Shown here in pieces: positions 25,946 through 36,331 of a stretch of 64,000 nucleotides of DNA; the first letter of the stretch is position 1; each line of letters starts with the position of its first letter. Source of the DNA: an uncultured Chloroflexia bacterium (GTDB lineage Bacteria > Chloroflexota > Limnocylindria > Limnocylindrales > CSP1-4). Location: NCBI GenBank assembly GCA_963757765.1, contig CAVWSL010000015.1, positions 658,922-722,921 on the forward strand, given 5' to 3'. The translations under genes and the position numbers were made by a program. Under the pieces are notes generated by a model. It did no database searches. It was not told where the DNA came from and saw nothing but the letters and a program-made list of their open reading frames with translations.

Positions 25946-27925
25946 ATGGACGTGCCCAGCAGTGCGGAGGGAAAGATCGTGCCGTCACCCCTCAGGTTCC
26001 TCGCGACCCTGCTTGCCGTTGTCGTCAGTTGTGCCCTGGTCGGGGCATTGGTCGCATTGATGGTCGCGGCGGGGAGTCCTGCTTCGGGGATCCGACCCAG
26101 GAACGATACGGCTGCCAACGTCGGAACTTCGCCGACCCCGGTCCTGCCGACGCCGACCCCGGTCCTGCCGACGCCGACCCCGGTCCTGCCGACGCCGACC
26201 CCGGTCCTGCCGACGCCGACCCCGGTCCTGCCGACGCCGACCCCGGTCCTGCCGACGCCGACCCCGGTCCTGCCGACGCCGACCCCGGTCCTGCCGACGC
26301 CGACCCCGGTCCTGCCGACGCCGACCCCGGTCCTGCCGACGCCGACCCCGGTCCTGCCGACGCCGAAGACTCCTGCGATCGCACAACTGGCCGCGAACGG
26401 TGACACCTCTGTCGCTGCAGACCCCCAGGGTCCACAAGGCCCCAAAGGGGATACAGGTCCGGCTGGACCAACCGGACCCCAGGGTGTCCCGGGTGACACC
26501 GGACCCGCCGGACCCCAGGGCGACATCGGGCTCACCGGACCGCAGGGTCCGAAGGGCGACACGGGAGCGGTTGGCCCAGTCGGACCCCAGGGTCCGAAGG
26601 GAGATCCTGGTGTGACCGGCGCTCAGGGCCTCAAGGGCGATATCGGGCTTACCGGGCCGCAAGGTCCGAAGGGAGATCCTGGTGTGACCGGCGCTCAGGG
26701 CCTCAAGGGCGATATGGGGCTTACCGGGCCGCAGGGTCCGAAGGGCGACACGGGAGCGGTTGGCCAGGTCGGACCGCAGGGTACGAGGGGCGTGATCGGG
26801 CTGACCGGGCCGCAGGGTCCGAAGGGCGACACGGGAGCGGTTGGCCAGGTCGGACCCCAGGGTCCGAAGGGCGACACCGGGGCGACTGGCATGACCGGCG
26901 CCCAGGGTCCCAAGGGCGACACGGGGGCGACCGGCATGACCGGCGCCCAGGGTCTCAAGGGCGACACGGGGGCGACCGGGCCGCAGGGTCCCCCCGGCCC
27001 GCCAGGGCTTGCCGGCAATGGGTCGGCGCTGCGGGCCTTCATCGGGCCGATCGGGCCGAAGGGTGACACTGGTCCTCGCGGCCCCATGGGCGCGCGTGGT
27101 CTGACGGGGCCGCGCGGTCCCAAGGGCGACCAGGGACTCCGCGGCTTTACGGGCCCCCAAGGTCCGAAGGGTGATATCGGGCTGCGAGGTTTCACCGGCG
27201 CAACGGGGCCGATAGGGCCCCGCGGTCTGACCGGACTGACCGGCCCTCGAGGTCTGACCGGCGCTACCGGCCTGACCGGCCCCCAAGGCTCGATCGGCCT
27301 TCAGGGGCCCAAGGGTGACACTGGCGACAACGGGCAACGGGGTCTGACGGGCGCCACAGGGAACACCGGTCCGCAGGGCCCCAGGGGCGACACCGGGAAC
27401 ACGGGTCCCCAGGGTCCCAAGGGTGACCCCGGCGCGGACGGCACCCCGGGTCCGAAGGGCATCGCAGGAAACACGGGTCCCCAGGGTCCCAAAGGTGACC
27501 CCGGCGCGGACGGCGCCCCGGGTCCGAAGGGCATCGCAGGAAACACGGGTCCCCAGGGTCCCCAGGGTCCCCAGGGTCCCAAGGGTGATCCCGGCGCGGA
27601 CGGCGCCCCGGGTCCGAAGGGCAACGCCGGGGCCGACGGGAAGGACGGCAAGGACGGCAAGAATGGAGCCGACGGGGTGAGCGGCTGGGATCGGGTGACC
27701 GGCGGCACGGCCACGGTCGGGACTTCGGTTGAGGTCGTTACGGCCAACTGCCCGGCCGGCAGGGTCCTTGGAGGAGGCTTCGATACGTCCGGCGCCAGTG
27801 ACCCCAAGGACATCGTCATCGTTCGCAGCAGTCCCAGCGACAACAACACGTGGAGGGTGGAGGCGGTCAGCCGCGGCAACAGTTTCTCCGTTACCGCCTA
27901 CGCCATCTGCGCCGTCGTCAACTGA
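25946..27925 (+). CDS. collagen-like triple-helix repeat protein: N-terminal TM/signal anchor, (T/S)PTPVLP x11 linker, ~400 aa Gly-X-Y, small C-terminal globular domain
   Basis: MDVPSS...[25 protein letters not shown]. About 130 consecutive G-X-Y triplets ([19 protein letters not shown]...). C-terminal ~90 aa are non-collagenous ([37 protein letters not shown]...AYAICAVVN). Confidence 0.85.
   Translation: MDVPSSAEGKIVPSPLRFLATLLAVVVSCALVGALVALMVAAGSPASGIRPRNDTAANVGTSPTPVLPTPTPVLPTPTPVLPTPTPVLPTPTPVLPTPTPVLPTPTPVLPTPTPVLPTPTPVLPTPTPVLPTPTPVLPTPKTPAIAQLAANGDTSVAADPQGPQGPKGDTGPAGPTGPQGVPGDTGPAGPQGDIGLTGPQGPKGDTGAVGPVGPQGPKGDPGVTGAQGLKGDIGLTGPQGPKGDPGVTGAQGLKGDMGLTGPQGPKGDTGAVGQVGPQGTRGVIGLTGPQGPKGDTGAVGQVGPQGPKGDTGATGMTGAQGPKGDTGATGMTGAQGLKGDTGATGPQGPPGPPGLAGNGSALRAFIGPIGPKGDTGPRGPMGARGLTGPRGPKGDQGLRGFTGPQGPKGDIGLRGFTGATGPIGPRGLTGLTGPRGLTGATGLTGPQGSIGLQGPKGDTGDNGQRGLTGATGNTGPQGPRGDTGNTGPQGPKGDPGADGTPGPKGIAGNTGPQGPKGDPGADGAPGPKGIAGNTGPQGPQGPQGPKGDPGADGAPGPKGNAGADGKDGKDGKNGADGVSGWDRVTGGTATVGTSVEVVTANCPAGRVLGGGFDTSGASDPKDIVIVRSSPSDNNTWRVEAVSRGNSFSVTAYAICAVVN
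26129..26361 (+). repeat. 21-bp perfect tandem repeat (gccgaccccggtcctgccgac) x11, in frame, encoding TPTPVLP
   Basis: Read directly from sequence. The last perfect unit ends at 26361. Confidence 0.85.
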
Positions 27926-28000
27926 GGCGCGCTCGGATGGCGCGTCGCTCCGGAGCAGGAGTGGTCGTGCAGGCGAGCGGCAGCGCCGTGGCGCCTCTTC

Positions 28001-29005
28001 ATGGTTGGGCCACGGGCCGTTAGCATGCCCGCGATGCAGATCGCGCCCGGCAGCTTCGATTTCCTCCAGGAACGGCGCCGCCTCCTGGCCATCCTGCTCA
28101 TCAGCCTGGCGGGCACCGCTGTCGTCGTCTTCCTGGTGGCACGCGGCGAGCTGGCAGGCGCGGACGCTCGTGCCTACTGGGGCGGTGTCCGTGTCTGGCT
28201 CGATGGCGGCAGCCCGATCACGCCACCCGCGCCATATCTGCCGTACGTGTACGCACCGTGGTCCGTGCCCATCTTCATGCCCTGGGCGCTGCTGCCATGG
28301 GATGTGGCCTGGTTCGTCTGGCGGGGCATCAACGTCCTGCTGCTGCTCTGGTCAGCGTCCTGGGCGTACAAGCAGCACCCGCTGGCCACCGCGATCCTGC
28401 TATGCGTCCTCGCGGCACCCATCGCGGCGACCCTGGACACCGGCAATATCACCCTGCTGTGCGCGCTCGGCATCTGGGCCGCGCAATTCGTGGGTCCCCG
28501 CCTGGGTGGTGGCCTCTGGGCGCTCGCGACGGTGCTGAAGTGGTTCCCGGCACCACTCTGGCTCATCCTACCGGCCCGCGCGCGACGCTGGGGACTCATC
28601 TGGATGGGACTGGCGGCCATCCTGTCACTCGCGACGTGGCCTCAGACCGTCACCCAGATCCAGGCCGCTGTCGCGTTCCCGCGGCCATTCCGGTTGGACT
28701 ACCTGCTGTTGCTGTGGGCTTGCGTGCCATGGGTCTGGGCCCGACCCCGACTGCTGGAACCGAACGACTGGCGGCCGTTGATGCGAGAGACCCAGGCAGC
28801 CATCCGTCGCGAGTGGGCTGGCATCCGCGCCGCAGATCGCCCGCTCCATGCTGCCGTGGCCTGGACCGTGCTGCATACCCGCTCGTCACTGGGCCTGTCG
28901 AACCCGTCGACGACCGAAGTGGTGGCGCCCGGCCAAGATCCGCCGCCAGCCGTGGCGCCGCTGGACGCCGAGCCGGAAGCCGCCGCGCGGACACCCGGCA
29001 GCTGA
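28001..29005 (+). CDS. polytopic membrane protein, DUF2029 / GT87-like candidate glycosyltransferase
   Basis: At least 7 predicted TM helices and a pattern rich in W, P and aromatic residues (YAPWSVPIFMPWALLPWDVAWFVWRG), reminiscent of lipid-linked-sugar-dependent GT-C/GT87 proteins. Lies directly downstream of the collagen-like gene. Confidence 0.6.
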   Translation: MVGPRAVSMPAMQIAPGSFDFLQERRRLLAILLISLAGTAVVVFLVARGELAGADARAYWGGVRVWLDGGSPITPPAPYLPYVYAPWSVPIFMPWALLPWDVAWFVWRGINVLLLLWSASWAYKQHPLATAILLCVLAAPIAATLDTGNITLLCALGIWAAQFVGPRLGGGLWALATVLKWFPAPLWLILPARARRWGLIWMGLAAILSLATWPQTVTQIQAAVAFPRPFRLDYLLLLWACVPWVWARPRLLEPNDWRPLMRETQAAIRREWAGIRAADRPLHAAVAWTVLHTRSSLGLSNPSTTEVVAPGQDPPPAVAPLDAEPEAAARTPGS

Positions 29006-29432
29006 CAGCGGCGTACCACGTTGCGGACGCGACAGTGCCCGCTCACCACGCTTCGGGATGCGAGTGCCGCAGCCGCGACGGGGTGGTCGCGGCTTGGGTC
29101 GAAACAACGCGGGTCGCCACTGCCTCTATGACGGTGATGGGTGTGGGCACCCATCGGCGACCCGGCGCGCCCAGAACGTGCCGGGTCGCGCTTCCCCGGC
29201 TGCGGGAGCTCGCGGGGAGGGAGCCTCCAGCCCCAGAAGCTGGGCTCGACCTCCACCACGGCTCGCCGGAGTCTGCACCGGACCGTACCAAACTGCAATC
29301 CCGAGAACGCGATCTGTGGATAACCTGCAAGCGTCCTCGGCCCGCTGCCGAGGGTTGGGCGAGACCGCCTGGTAACGGTGCATCTCGAAGCCCGTTGACG
29401 TACGGCCCTGGCAGACCAGGGAGGAGGCCACG

Positions 29433-29777
29433 ATGAGGAACGAACCGGCGGCACCCGAGACGATGGGGGTCACCGTGAGGTCGCTGACAGCGGTTGACCT
29501 AGGCCCGGAGATCGAGGGCATGGCGGGGCGCCAGCTTCGGATGCGGATGGTGACCATCGAACCTGGCGGTGTCTTCGGCCCGATCCACGACCATGTCGAT
29601 CGACCAGGCACCGTCTACATCCTCCAAGGAACGATCACCGACCATCGGAACGGGATCGCCACGGACTATGGGCCGGGACCGGGCTGGCCCGAGGACCGGG
29701 ACACGACACACTGGCTTGAGAACAGGGGGACCACGCCCGCGGTGGAGATCTCGGTCGATATCGTCAGGCTCGAATGA
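29433..29777 (+). CDS. cupin domain protein
   Basis: GGAGGAGG RBS. Cupin-like core (RMRMVTIEPGGVFGPIHDHVDRPGTVYILQG). Confidence 0.8.
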   Translation: MRNEPAAPETMGVTVRSLTAVDLGPEIEGMAGRQLRMRMVTIEPGGVFGPIHDHVDRPGTVYILQGTITDHRNGIATDYGPGPGWPEDRDTTHWLENRGTTPAVEISVDIVRLE

Positions 29778-29846
29778 GCCACGAGCTCGGCCTCGCCAGG
29801 GCGGCGGGCTCGTCGGGATGGTACGGAGGGCGAAGCGCGCTGCTTG

Positions 29847-30692
29847 CTAGTCGTGGTCGGGGACCGGGTCAGGTTGGCAGGTAGGGCACCAGAACACGCG
29901 GCGCGCCGGTTCCCCGAACACACGGGCCCGGATGGTCGTTCCGCAGCGCGGGCACGGCCGGCCGCTACGCCCATAGACGTTGAGTCTCCGCAGGCCCCGC
30001 CGCGGCCCGCCGGAGCCTGGCTGACCGCCGAGCGCATCCGGGGTCGTCACGCGGTTGGGCGTGTCCTTGTTGGCGCGCAGCAGTGCCACCCCCGAGCGGA
30101 CCAACAGCCGTAGTGTCTCCTCCCTGACGTCCCCGACAGCCACGAACGGAGACACAGAGCCGGACCACAGCAGTTCGCTGCGATAGACGTTGCCCAGGCC
30201 CGCAAGCGCACGCTGATCGAGCAGTGCCGCGCCGATCGGCGTCCTCATCCGGGCCGGCGCTCGCAGTCGGTCGATCGCACCGGTGATATCGGGCGACGCA
30301 GCGAGGAGGTCCGGACCGAGTCCCGCGAGGGCTGGGTGGATGGCGAGTGCTCGGGTGTCGATGAGCTCGACGACGGGTGCATCGAAGCAGACCGCGACCG
30401 CGTCGGGCACCTCGATGACACACACCGCGCGTGCCGGGCTTCGGCGCCACAGCTCGCCCGGTCGATAGCGATGCCACGAACCGTGCATCCGCAGATGCGT
30501 GTGGAGGGTGAGGCCGACATCGAAGCCGATGAGCAGGTGCTTGCCCTGCGCGGCAACGCGGTCGATCCGGCTGCCGACGACGCGACCCATGGCCACGCCA
30601 CCAGGCCTGGCACGCGAGGCGGTCACGTGCTTGTCGAGCAGGACCTCCCGGAGCACGGCCGCTGTACGGAAGAGGGTGTCGCCCTCAGGCAC
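29847..30692 (-). CDS. nei: Fpg/Nei-family DNA glycosylase / AP lyase (endonuclease VIII-like)
   Basis: GTG start giving (M)PEGDTLFRTA with the catalytic Pro2. Zinc finger CPRCGTTIRARVFGEPARRVFWCPTCQ at the C-terminus. Begins 2 nt after the lhr stop. Confidence 0.85.
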   Translation of the reverse strand: MPEGDTLFRTAAVLREVLLDKHVTASRARPGGVAMGRVVGSRIDRVAAQGKHLLIGFDVGLTLHTHLRMHGSWHRYRPGELWRRSPARAVCVIEVPDAVAVCFDAPVVELIDTRALAIHPALAGLGPDLLAASPDITGAIDRLRAPARMRTPIGAALLDQRALAGLGNVYRSELLWSGSVSPFVAVGDVREETLRLLVRSGVALLRANKDTPNRVTTPDALGGQPGSGGPRRGLRRLNVYGRSGRPCPRCGTTIRARVFGEPARRVFWCPTCQPDPVPDHD

Positions 30693-33600
30693 GCGGCCTC
30701 CCAGCCACGGCGCGGATGGCCAGCCCGCGGTAGCCCGCCTCGAACCCAGCGGCCTCGAGCGCGGCCCGATGCGGTGACGCGGCGATGGTCTCGCCGTCGA
30801 TGCGGGACACCTGGAGCGTACGCATCCGGCCATCGGTGACGAGGGTGGCCAGGGCCCGCAGCGCGAGCTCGGCAGTCGCCGAATCGGCGAACGCCGGCAG
30901 CGTCCTGATCGCCTTGCCGCCCCGCTCCAGGTAGACCACCGGGTCACCGTCGACGAGGACCACGTAGGCACCGGCGGCCCGCGGGAACGTGGCCCGGACA
31001 CCGTCGTCGCCAGACGATGGCCAGGGCAGCGTCACGCCATACGGATTGGCCGGATCGGTGGCCGCGAGCAGCAGTACCTCCCGTTCCCCGAATGTTCCCC
31101 CGCCGCTGTCGCCTGGCGCCGAGCGACCGGCACGGAGCCGGTCGAGGGCACCCGGCAACGCGAACTGGGCGCCCCCAAGGCCTTCGATGAAGTAGCCCCG
31201 CCGGATCCGCCCTCGGTCCTCCATCTCGCGCAGGATTGGGTAGATGGCGGAGAAGCCGCCGGGCACGTCCTCCGCCGCGGCCCCGTCCCGGGTGAGGATG
31301 CCGTTGCGGTCGAGCAGCCGGAGCGCGAGCGCGTGGCGCCGCTCGGTATCCGACGGGGGCGTACCGCCGCCGATGGCGACCGCAGTGCCGACGGCTTCCG
31401 ACACGAGCGACCAGCGCCCGGCGCCTTCCGGCGGGCCCACGCGGCCGGTTGCGCCCATCCGTGGTCGCGACGCCCGACGGTCACGCCCGGATCGTGGCCA
31501 TCGCAGCGCCCGGATGGGCAGGAACGTATCGTTGGTCAGCCGACCCGTCCAGACCAGGTCCCAGAGCGCGTCGAGCAGCTCCCGCTGGCTGGGTGGTCGG
31601 GTACCCGTCTCGGCGCCGGTGCGGAGCACGGCAGCGAGGATGTCCCGGTAGAACGACGCACCCCGATCCGTCAGCTGCCGGAGGATGACCGCCGACAGCC
31701 ACTCGTCGCTCTCCGGCGACGTAACCGGGGATCCAGGCGGGGCTCCCAGGGCCGCCAGTCGCTCCGATCGCCACAGGGACACCCGGCCATCGTCGCGGCC
31801 GAGGGAGCCGGCGCCGACCCAAGCCACCTCGCCCGCGGCGAGAAGCTCATCGAGCATCCGGGCGTTGTATCGCCCGACGCGCGCCGGCAGGATGTCCCGC
31901 TCCAGGACGCTGGCCGGCAGCGCGAGGCCCTCCAGCTGGCCCACGACCTCGAGCAGCCGGTCGGCGCCACCCAGCGATGACCCGACGCCCTGCCAGGCCG
32001 GCAGGAAGCGCCCGAGGGCCCGTGGCTCGACCGGCTCCACTTCGCGCCGCAGCCTCGCGAGCGATCGGCGGCGCAGCATCCGGAGGACCTCGGGGTCGCA
32101 CCACTCCCGCTCGACGCCACCCGGCCGGAACTCGCCACGCACGAGCACCCCGGCCGCCATGAGGTGCTCGAGGCCCGTCTCCACGACGCCACCCGGCAGA
32201 CCCCAGCGCGTCGCCGGGCCGATGGACAGGAACGGGCCATGTCGACGGGCGTAGCGCGACAACAACCCGCCGAGCGCATCACGGGTCGCGCCCAGGAACG
32301 CCTCCGGCACACCACGGGGTGGTACCACCCCGACACCGTCCCGGTATCGCCCCACGTCCTCGGTCGCGATCCAGCGGGACTCCCCACAGATGCGCACCTC
32401 GACCGCGCGTCGATCCGCGGCGAGCGCTCCCAGCCACTCCCCGGCAGCGCGTGCCCGGGTCGTGGCGTCCGTACCGCGGACCCGGTCCGCAACCTCCGTC
32501 GTCGACAGGTCCCCGAGGCCTCGCAGCAGGTCCTGGACCTGGTCCGCCGATCCCGCTGCCCGCTCGAGCGTGAGCGCCTGGAGCTCAAGCTCCAGCTCCG
32601 CGAGCGCATCGGCATCCAGCAGCTCCCGCAGCTCCTCGGCACCAAGCAGCTCCCGCAGCAGGTCCCGGTCGAGAGCCAGGGCCTGCGCCCGACGGTCGAC
32701 GAGCGGCGCATCACCTTCGTACATGTACGCCGCGATGTAGTCGAACAGGAGCGAGCTCGCGAACGGCGACGCGCGTGGCGTCTCCACGCTCACCATGCGC
32801 ACCTCCCGCCGTTCGATGGCCGCCAGCAGCTCCCGCAGCGCGGGCAGGTCGAACACGTCCTGGAGGCACTCCCGGTACGTCTCGAGGATGATGGGGAACG
32901 ATCCATAGCGGCTCGCGACCGCGAGCAGCTGCGATGACCGCTGGCGCATCTGCCACAGCGGCGTGCGGCTGCCCGGCCGGCGTCGAGGCAGCAGCAGCGC
33001 TCGCGCGGCGTTCTCGCGAAAGCGGCTGGCGAACAACGCCGACGAGCCGACCGCGCCCACGACCAGCTCCTCCACCTCGTCCGAAGCGATGAGCACCGCG
33101 GCCTCCGCGGCAGCGGTCGCATCCCGGCCGGAGGCGGCCCGGTCGAGCGTCTCGTCGTCGGCGGACCAGCCGATGCCCTCCTCGGCGGACGGCAGCCGGA
33201 CGACGATGCCATCATCTGACCAGATGGGTTGCACCTCGACGCCGAGCCGCTCCCGCAGGCGGGCCTCGATGGCGAGCGCCCAGGGCGCGTGGACACGGGC
33301 GCCGAACGGACTGAGCAGGCAGACACGCCAATCCCCCAGCTCGTCCCGGAACCGCTGGAGGACGATGGTGCGGTCGGTCGGCAGTGTGCCGGTGACGCTC
33401 CGCTCCTCCTCCAGGTACGCGAGCAGGTTGGTCGCGGCCAGCGCATCGAGGTCGTGGTGCTCCTGGAGCGTCGCGATCGCCCGCTCCTGACCTCGTGTCC
33501 CCGACGCCGCGAGCTCGCCCATCTCACGCGTGAAGGCACCCAGTGCCCGACCGAGATCCACTGGCCTGCCGACCCCATCCCCCTTCCAGAAGGGCACCTT

Positions 33601-35445
33601 GCCCGGCTCTCCGGGAGCCGGTGACACGAGCACCCGGTCATGACCGATGGACTCGATACGCCACGCCGAGGCTCCCAGGAGGATGACCTCGCCCTCACGG
33701 GCCTCGTAGACCATCTCCTCGTCGAGCTCGCCGACCCGGCGTCCACCGCCACGTGCGGCCCGGGCGCGGGTGCCCGCGCCATCCCGGGTCGACGCGCTCG
33801 TTTCGTCATCGGCGAGATAGACCGGGAAGAGACCACGTTCCGGGATGGTGCCGCCCGAGATGACCGCAACGGTCCGGGCGTCGCCGCGCGACCGGACGGT
33901 GCCCGCGGCGCGGTCCCAGATGACTCGCGGTCGCAGCTCCGCGAACTCGTCGCTGGGGTACTGGCCGGCGAGCATGCCAAGGACGGCCTCGAACGAGTCC
34001 CTGCCGAGCTCCGCGTAGTTCTCGGCACCACGGGCGAGCCCATAGAGCTCATCCGCGGTCCAGGGACGCTCGACGCATGCGGCGACGATCTGCTGGGCGA
34101 GCACGTCGAGCGGGTTGCGGGGCACGACCGTCGGTTCGATGGCGCCTTCGTGCATCAGCCGGGTGACCACGGCGCACTCGAGCAGGTCGCCGCGGTATTT
34201 GGGGAAGATGACGCCCTTCGATGGCTCGCCCACCTGGTGACCGGCTCGCCCGACCCGTTGCAGGCCGCGCGCGACCGAGAGCGGCGACTCGACCTGGATG
34301 ACGAGGTCCACGGCCCCCATGTCGATGCCCAGCTCCAGCGAGCTGGTGGCGACGAGCGCCGGCAGCCGGCCCTCCTTGAGCATCTCCTCGATGATCAGCC
34401 GCTGCTCACGCGCGAGCGAGCCGTGATGGGCCCGGACCAGGTCCTCGCCGGCCAGCTCGTTGAGCTTGAGCGCGAGCCGTTCTGCCAGTCTCCGGCTGTT
34501 GGCGAACACGATGGTGCTGCGATGCGACCGGATGAGCTCCAGGATGCGGGGATACACCGACGGCCAGATGCTCGTGCGTTGCTCGCCCGCTGCGGCCGGC
34601 CCGCCGGGCGCCTCGTCGAGCGGGATGGACTCGCCCATCCGACCCATGTCGTCCACGGGCACGACCACCTGGAGCTCGAGCGGCTTGCGCACGCCGACAT
34701 CGACGATGGTCACCGGTCGCGCTGGGCCAGCTGCGGCACCGTCCGCGGCATCACGGCCGCCCAGGAACGCCGCGACCGCCGACAAGGGTCGCTGGGTCGC
34801 CGACAGCCCGATGCGCTGCGGCGGCCGCCGGGCCAGGGACGTCAGCCGTTCCATCGACAGTGCCAGGTGAGCGCCGCGCTTCGTGCCCGCCATGGCATGG
34901 ATCTCGTCGATGATCACCCACTGCACCGACCGGAGCGCCTCGCGGGCGGCAGACGTCAGCATCAGGTACAGCGACTCGGGTGTCGTGACGAGGATGTCCG
35001 GTGGGTGCTTGCCGAATGCCCGCCGCTCGTCCGTGGGCGTGTCGCCCGTCCGGATGCCGACCCGGATGGGTGTCGTCATCGATCCCCTCCCCTGGGCGGC
35101 GAGCGCGATGCCGGCCATCGGCGAGCGGAGGTTCCGGTCGACGTCATGAACGAGCGCCTTGAGCGGCGATACGTACAGCACCCGCAGCCGGTCCAGCGGT
35201 TCCGCAGGTACCGGATCGCCCATCAGGCGGTCGAGGCACCAGAGGAACGCCGCGAGGGTCTTGCCACTGCCGGTGGGCGCGCAGATGAGGGTGTGCTCGC
35301 CTGCCGCGATGGCCGGCCAGCCCAGGGCCTGGGCCGCGGTCGGACCCTCGAACGACGACCGGAACCAGTCGCTCGTCGCGGGTCGGAACCCACCGAGCGG
35401 GTCGGGCTTCGGGGACGGCGGAGGCACGCTGGATCGTCGGGGCAC
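30685..35445 (-). CDS. lhr: ATP-dependent helicase Lhr (large helicase-related, DEAD/DEAH superfamily 2)
   Basis: N-terminal FRPATSDWFRSSFEGPTAAQALGWPAIAAGEHTLICAPTGSGKTLAAF, DEIH box, over 1500 aa. The Lhr plus Nei gene order matches mycobacteria. The start is uncertain; a GTG at 35445 was chosen and the N-terminal 80 aa of the ORF are low-complexity. Confidence 0.85.
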   Translation of the reverse strand: MPRRSSVPPPSPKPDPLGGFRPATSDWFRSSFEGPTAAQALGWPAIAAGEHTLICAPTGSGKTLAAFLWCLDRLMGDPVPAEPLDRLRVLYVSPLKALVHDVDRNLRSPMAGIALAAQGRGSMTTPIRVGIRTGDTPTDERRAFGKHPPDILVTTPESLYLMLTSAAREALRSVQWVIIDEIHAMAGTKRGAHLALSMERLTSLARRPPQRIGLSATQRPLSAVAAFLGGRDAADGAAAGPARPVTIVDVGVRKPLELQVVVPVDDMGRMGESIPLDEAPGGPAAAGEQRTSIWPSVYPRILELIRSHRSTIVFANSRRLAERLALKLNELAGEDLVRAHHGSLAREQRLIIEEMLKEGRLPALVATSSLELGIDMGAVDLVIQVESPLSVARGLQRVGRAGHQVGEPSKGVIFPKYRGDLLECAVVTRLMHEGAIEPTVVPRNPLDVLAQQIVAACVERPWTADELYGLARGAENYAELGRDSFEAVLGMLAGQYPSDEFAELRPRVIWDRAAGTVRSRGDARTVAVISGGTIPERGLFPVYLADDETSASTRDGAGTRARAARGGGRRVGELDEEMVYEAREGEVILLGASAWRIESIGHDRVLVSPAPGEPGKVPFWKGDGVGRPVDLGRALGAFTREMGELAASGTRGQERAIATLQEHHDLDALAATNLLAYLEEERSVTGTLPTDRTIVLQRFRDELGDWRVCLLSPFGARVHAPWALAIEARLRERLGVEVQPIWSDDGIVVRLPSAEEGIGWSADDETLDRAASGRDATAAAEAAVLIASDEVEELVVGAVGSSALFASRFRENAARALLLPRRRPGSRTPLWQMRQRSSQLLAVASRYGSFPIILETYRECLQDVFDLPALRELLAAIERREVRMVSVETPRASPFASSLLFDYIAAYMYEGDAPLVDRRAQALALDRDLLRELLGAEELRELLDADALAELELELQALTLERAAGSADQVQDLLRGLGDLSTTEVADRVRGTDATTRARAAGEWLGALAADRRAVEVRICGESRWIATEDVGRYRDGVGVVPPRGVPEAFLGATRDALGGLLSRYARRHGPFLSIGPATRWGLPGGVVETGLEHLMAAGVLVRGEFRPGGVEREWCDPEVLRMLRRRSLARLRREVEPVEPRALGRFLPAWQGVGSSLGGADRLLEVVGQLEGLALPASVLERDILPARVGRYNARMLDELLAAGEVAWVGAGSLGRDDGRVSLWRSERLAALGAPPGSPVTSPESDEWLSAVILRQLTDRGASFYRDILAAVLRTGAETGTRPPSQRELLDALWDLVWTGRLTNDTFLPIRALRWPRSGRDRRASRPRMGATGRVGPPEGAGRWSLVSEAVGTAVAIGGGTPPSDTERRHALALRLLDRNGILTRDGAAAEDVPGGFSAIYPILREMEDRGRIRRGYFIEGLGGAQFALPGALDRLRAGRSAPGDSGGGTFGEREVLLLAATDPANPYGVTLPWPSSGDDGVRATFPRAAGAYVVLVDGDPVVYLERGGKAIRTLPAFADSATAELALRALATLVTDGRMRTLQVSRIDGETIAASPHRAALEAAGFEAGYRGLAIRAVAGRPRA

Positions 35446-35500
35446 TGGACGACCGAGTATATCCCGCCTGGCCGGATATGGAACAGGTGTTCTGTCCTGG

Positions 35501-36331
35501 CTACCGGCCCGTGACGGCCTTCGCTGCCGACCACGGCCCGACGTTGCCAGCGGCGTCGCGGGCGCGGACCCGGAACTCGAACCGGGAGCCCCTGGCGGCG
35601 GTGAGGGCCACCGAGCGCTTGGTGGTCGCCGCCCTGATGATCGACCAGGCACCGCCCGGCTTGCGTCGCGCGAGGTCGTAGGAGGCAACGCCTGCCGTCC
35701 GGGCCACCAGCAGCGGGTCGCTGCCGGACCAGGCCAGCGAGATCGTCCGACTGCCGGCCGCGCTGGAGGCCTTCGTCAGGGACGCCGAGGGTGGGGTCCG
35801 GTCCGGGCCCTGGATGAAGATCACGGTCCAGATGCTCCGCACGCCATCGGTGGCCACGCCGACGCCGGCGTAGTTGTGGTCGGTGCTCAGCACCTGCTCC
35901 CGATGGCCCTGTGTCGAGTGCATCCACTGGCTCACGGCGGTCGCTGCCGCATCGTCGATGGGCGAGGTCATGTTCCAGGCGATGATCTCACCCGCCTCGT
36001 AGTAGCTGATGCGGGCATCGTTGAGGTGATCCCAGGGCCACTTGCCATCGGGGTCCTGGTGGGCGAAGTAGGCCCGGTCCACCATGTCCTGGGAGCGCGC
36101 CTGGGCCACCGTCCGGATCCGCCCGTCCATGCGGAAGTGCCGCAGACCGAACGCGTCGCGTTCGTGGTTGATGAGCTGCAGCACGCGGGTCCCGGCGGCG
36201 CGCAACTGTGCCGCGGTCGGACCGTTGGCGGCCCGGATCGGGGCTGGCAGGTTCGTGCCGAGCAGCAGACCGGCGATGAGCGCCGCGACCAGGAGCCGCA
36301 GGATCCGGGACAGGGACGAGGGGCGGGTCAC
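35501..36331 (-). CDS. CAP (SCP/PR-1-like) domain protein with N-terminal TM/signal and a C-terminal Fn3-like region
   Basis: LINHERDAFGLRHFRMD...AQARSQDM...YFAHQDPDG...GEIIAWN is CAP-domain text. GTG start at 36331 is followed by the hydrophobic LSRILRLLVAALIAGLLLG. Confidence 0.7.
   Translation of the reverse strand: MTRPSSLSRILRLLVAALIAGLLLGTNLPAPIRAANGPTAAQLRAAGTRVLQLINHERDAFGLRHFRMDGRIRTVAQARSQDMVDRAYFAHQDPDGKWPWDHLNDARISYYEAGEIIAWNMTSPIDDAAATAVSQWMHSTQGHREQVLSTDHNYAGVGVATDGVRSIWTVIFIQGPDRTPPSASLTKASSAAGSRTISLAWSGSDPLLVARTAGVASYDLARRKPGGAWSIIRAATTKRSVALTAARGSRFEFRVRARDAAGNVGPWSAAKAVTGR

Noticed and set aside
26129-26361. The 21-bp tandem array considered as a possible CRISPR or minisatellite locus
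   Set aside because: Units are directly adjacent with no spacers, stay in frame, and encode a Pro/Thr linker within a long ORF. No cas genes are nearby.
25738-27337. Minus-strand ORFs 25738-26562 and 25985-27337 full of GVG / RRQDRG repeats
   Set aside because: Antisense to the Gly-X-Y and 21-bp-repeat regions of the collagen-like gene. The sense strand has an anchor, a linker and a globular C-terminal domain, and an ECF-linked genomic context.
33640-35514. 624-aa plus-strand ORF inside lhr
   Set aside because: Antisense to the helicase gene and low-complexity.
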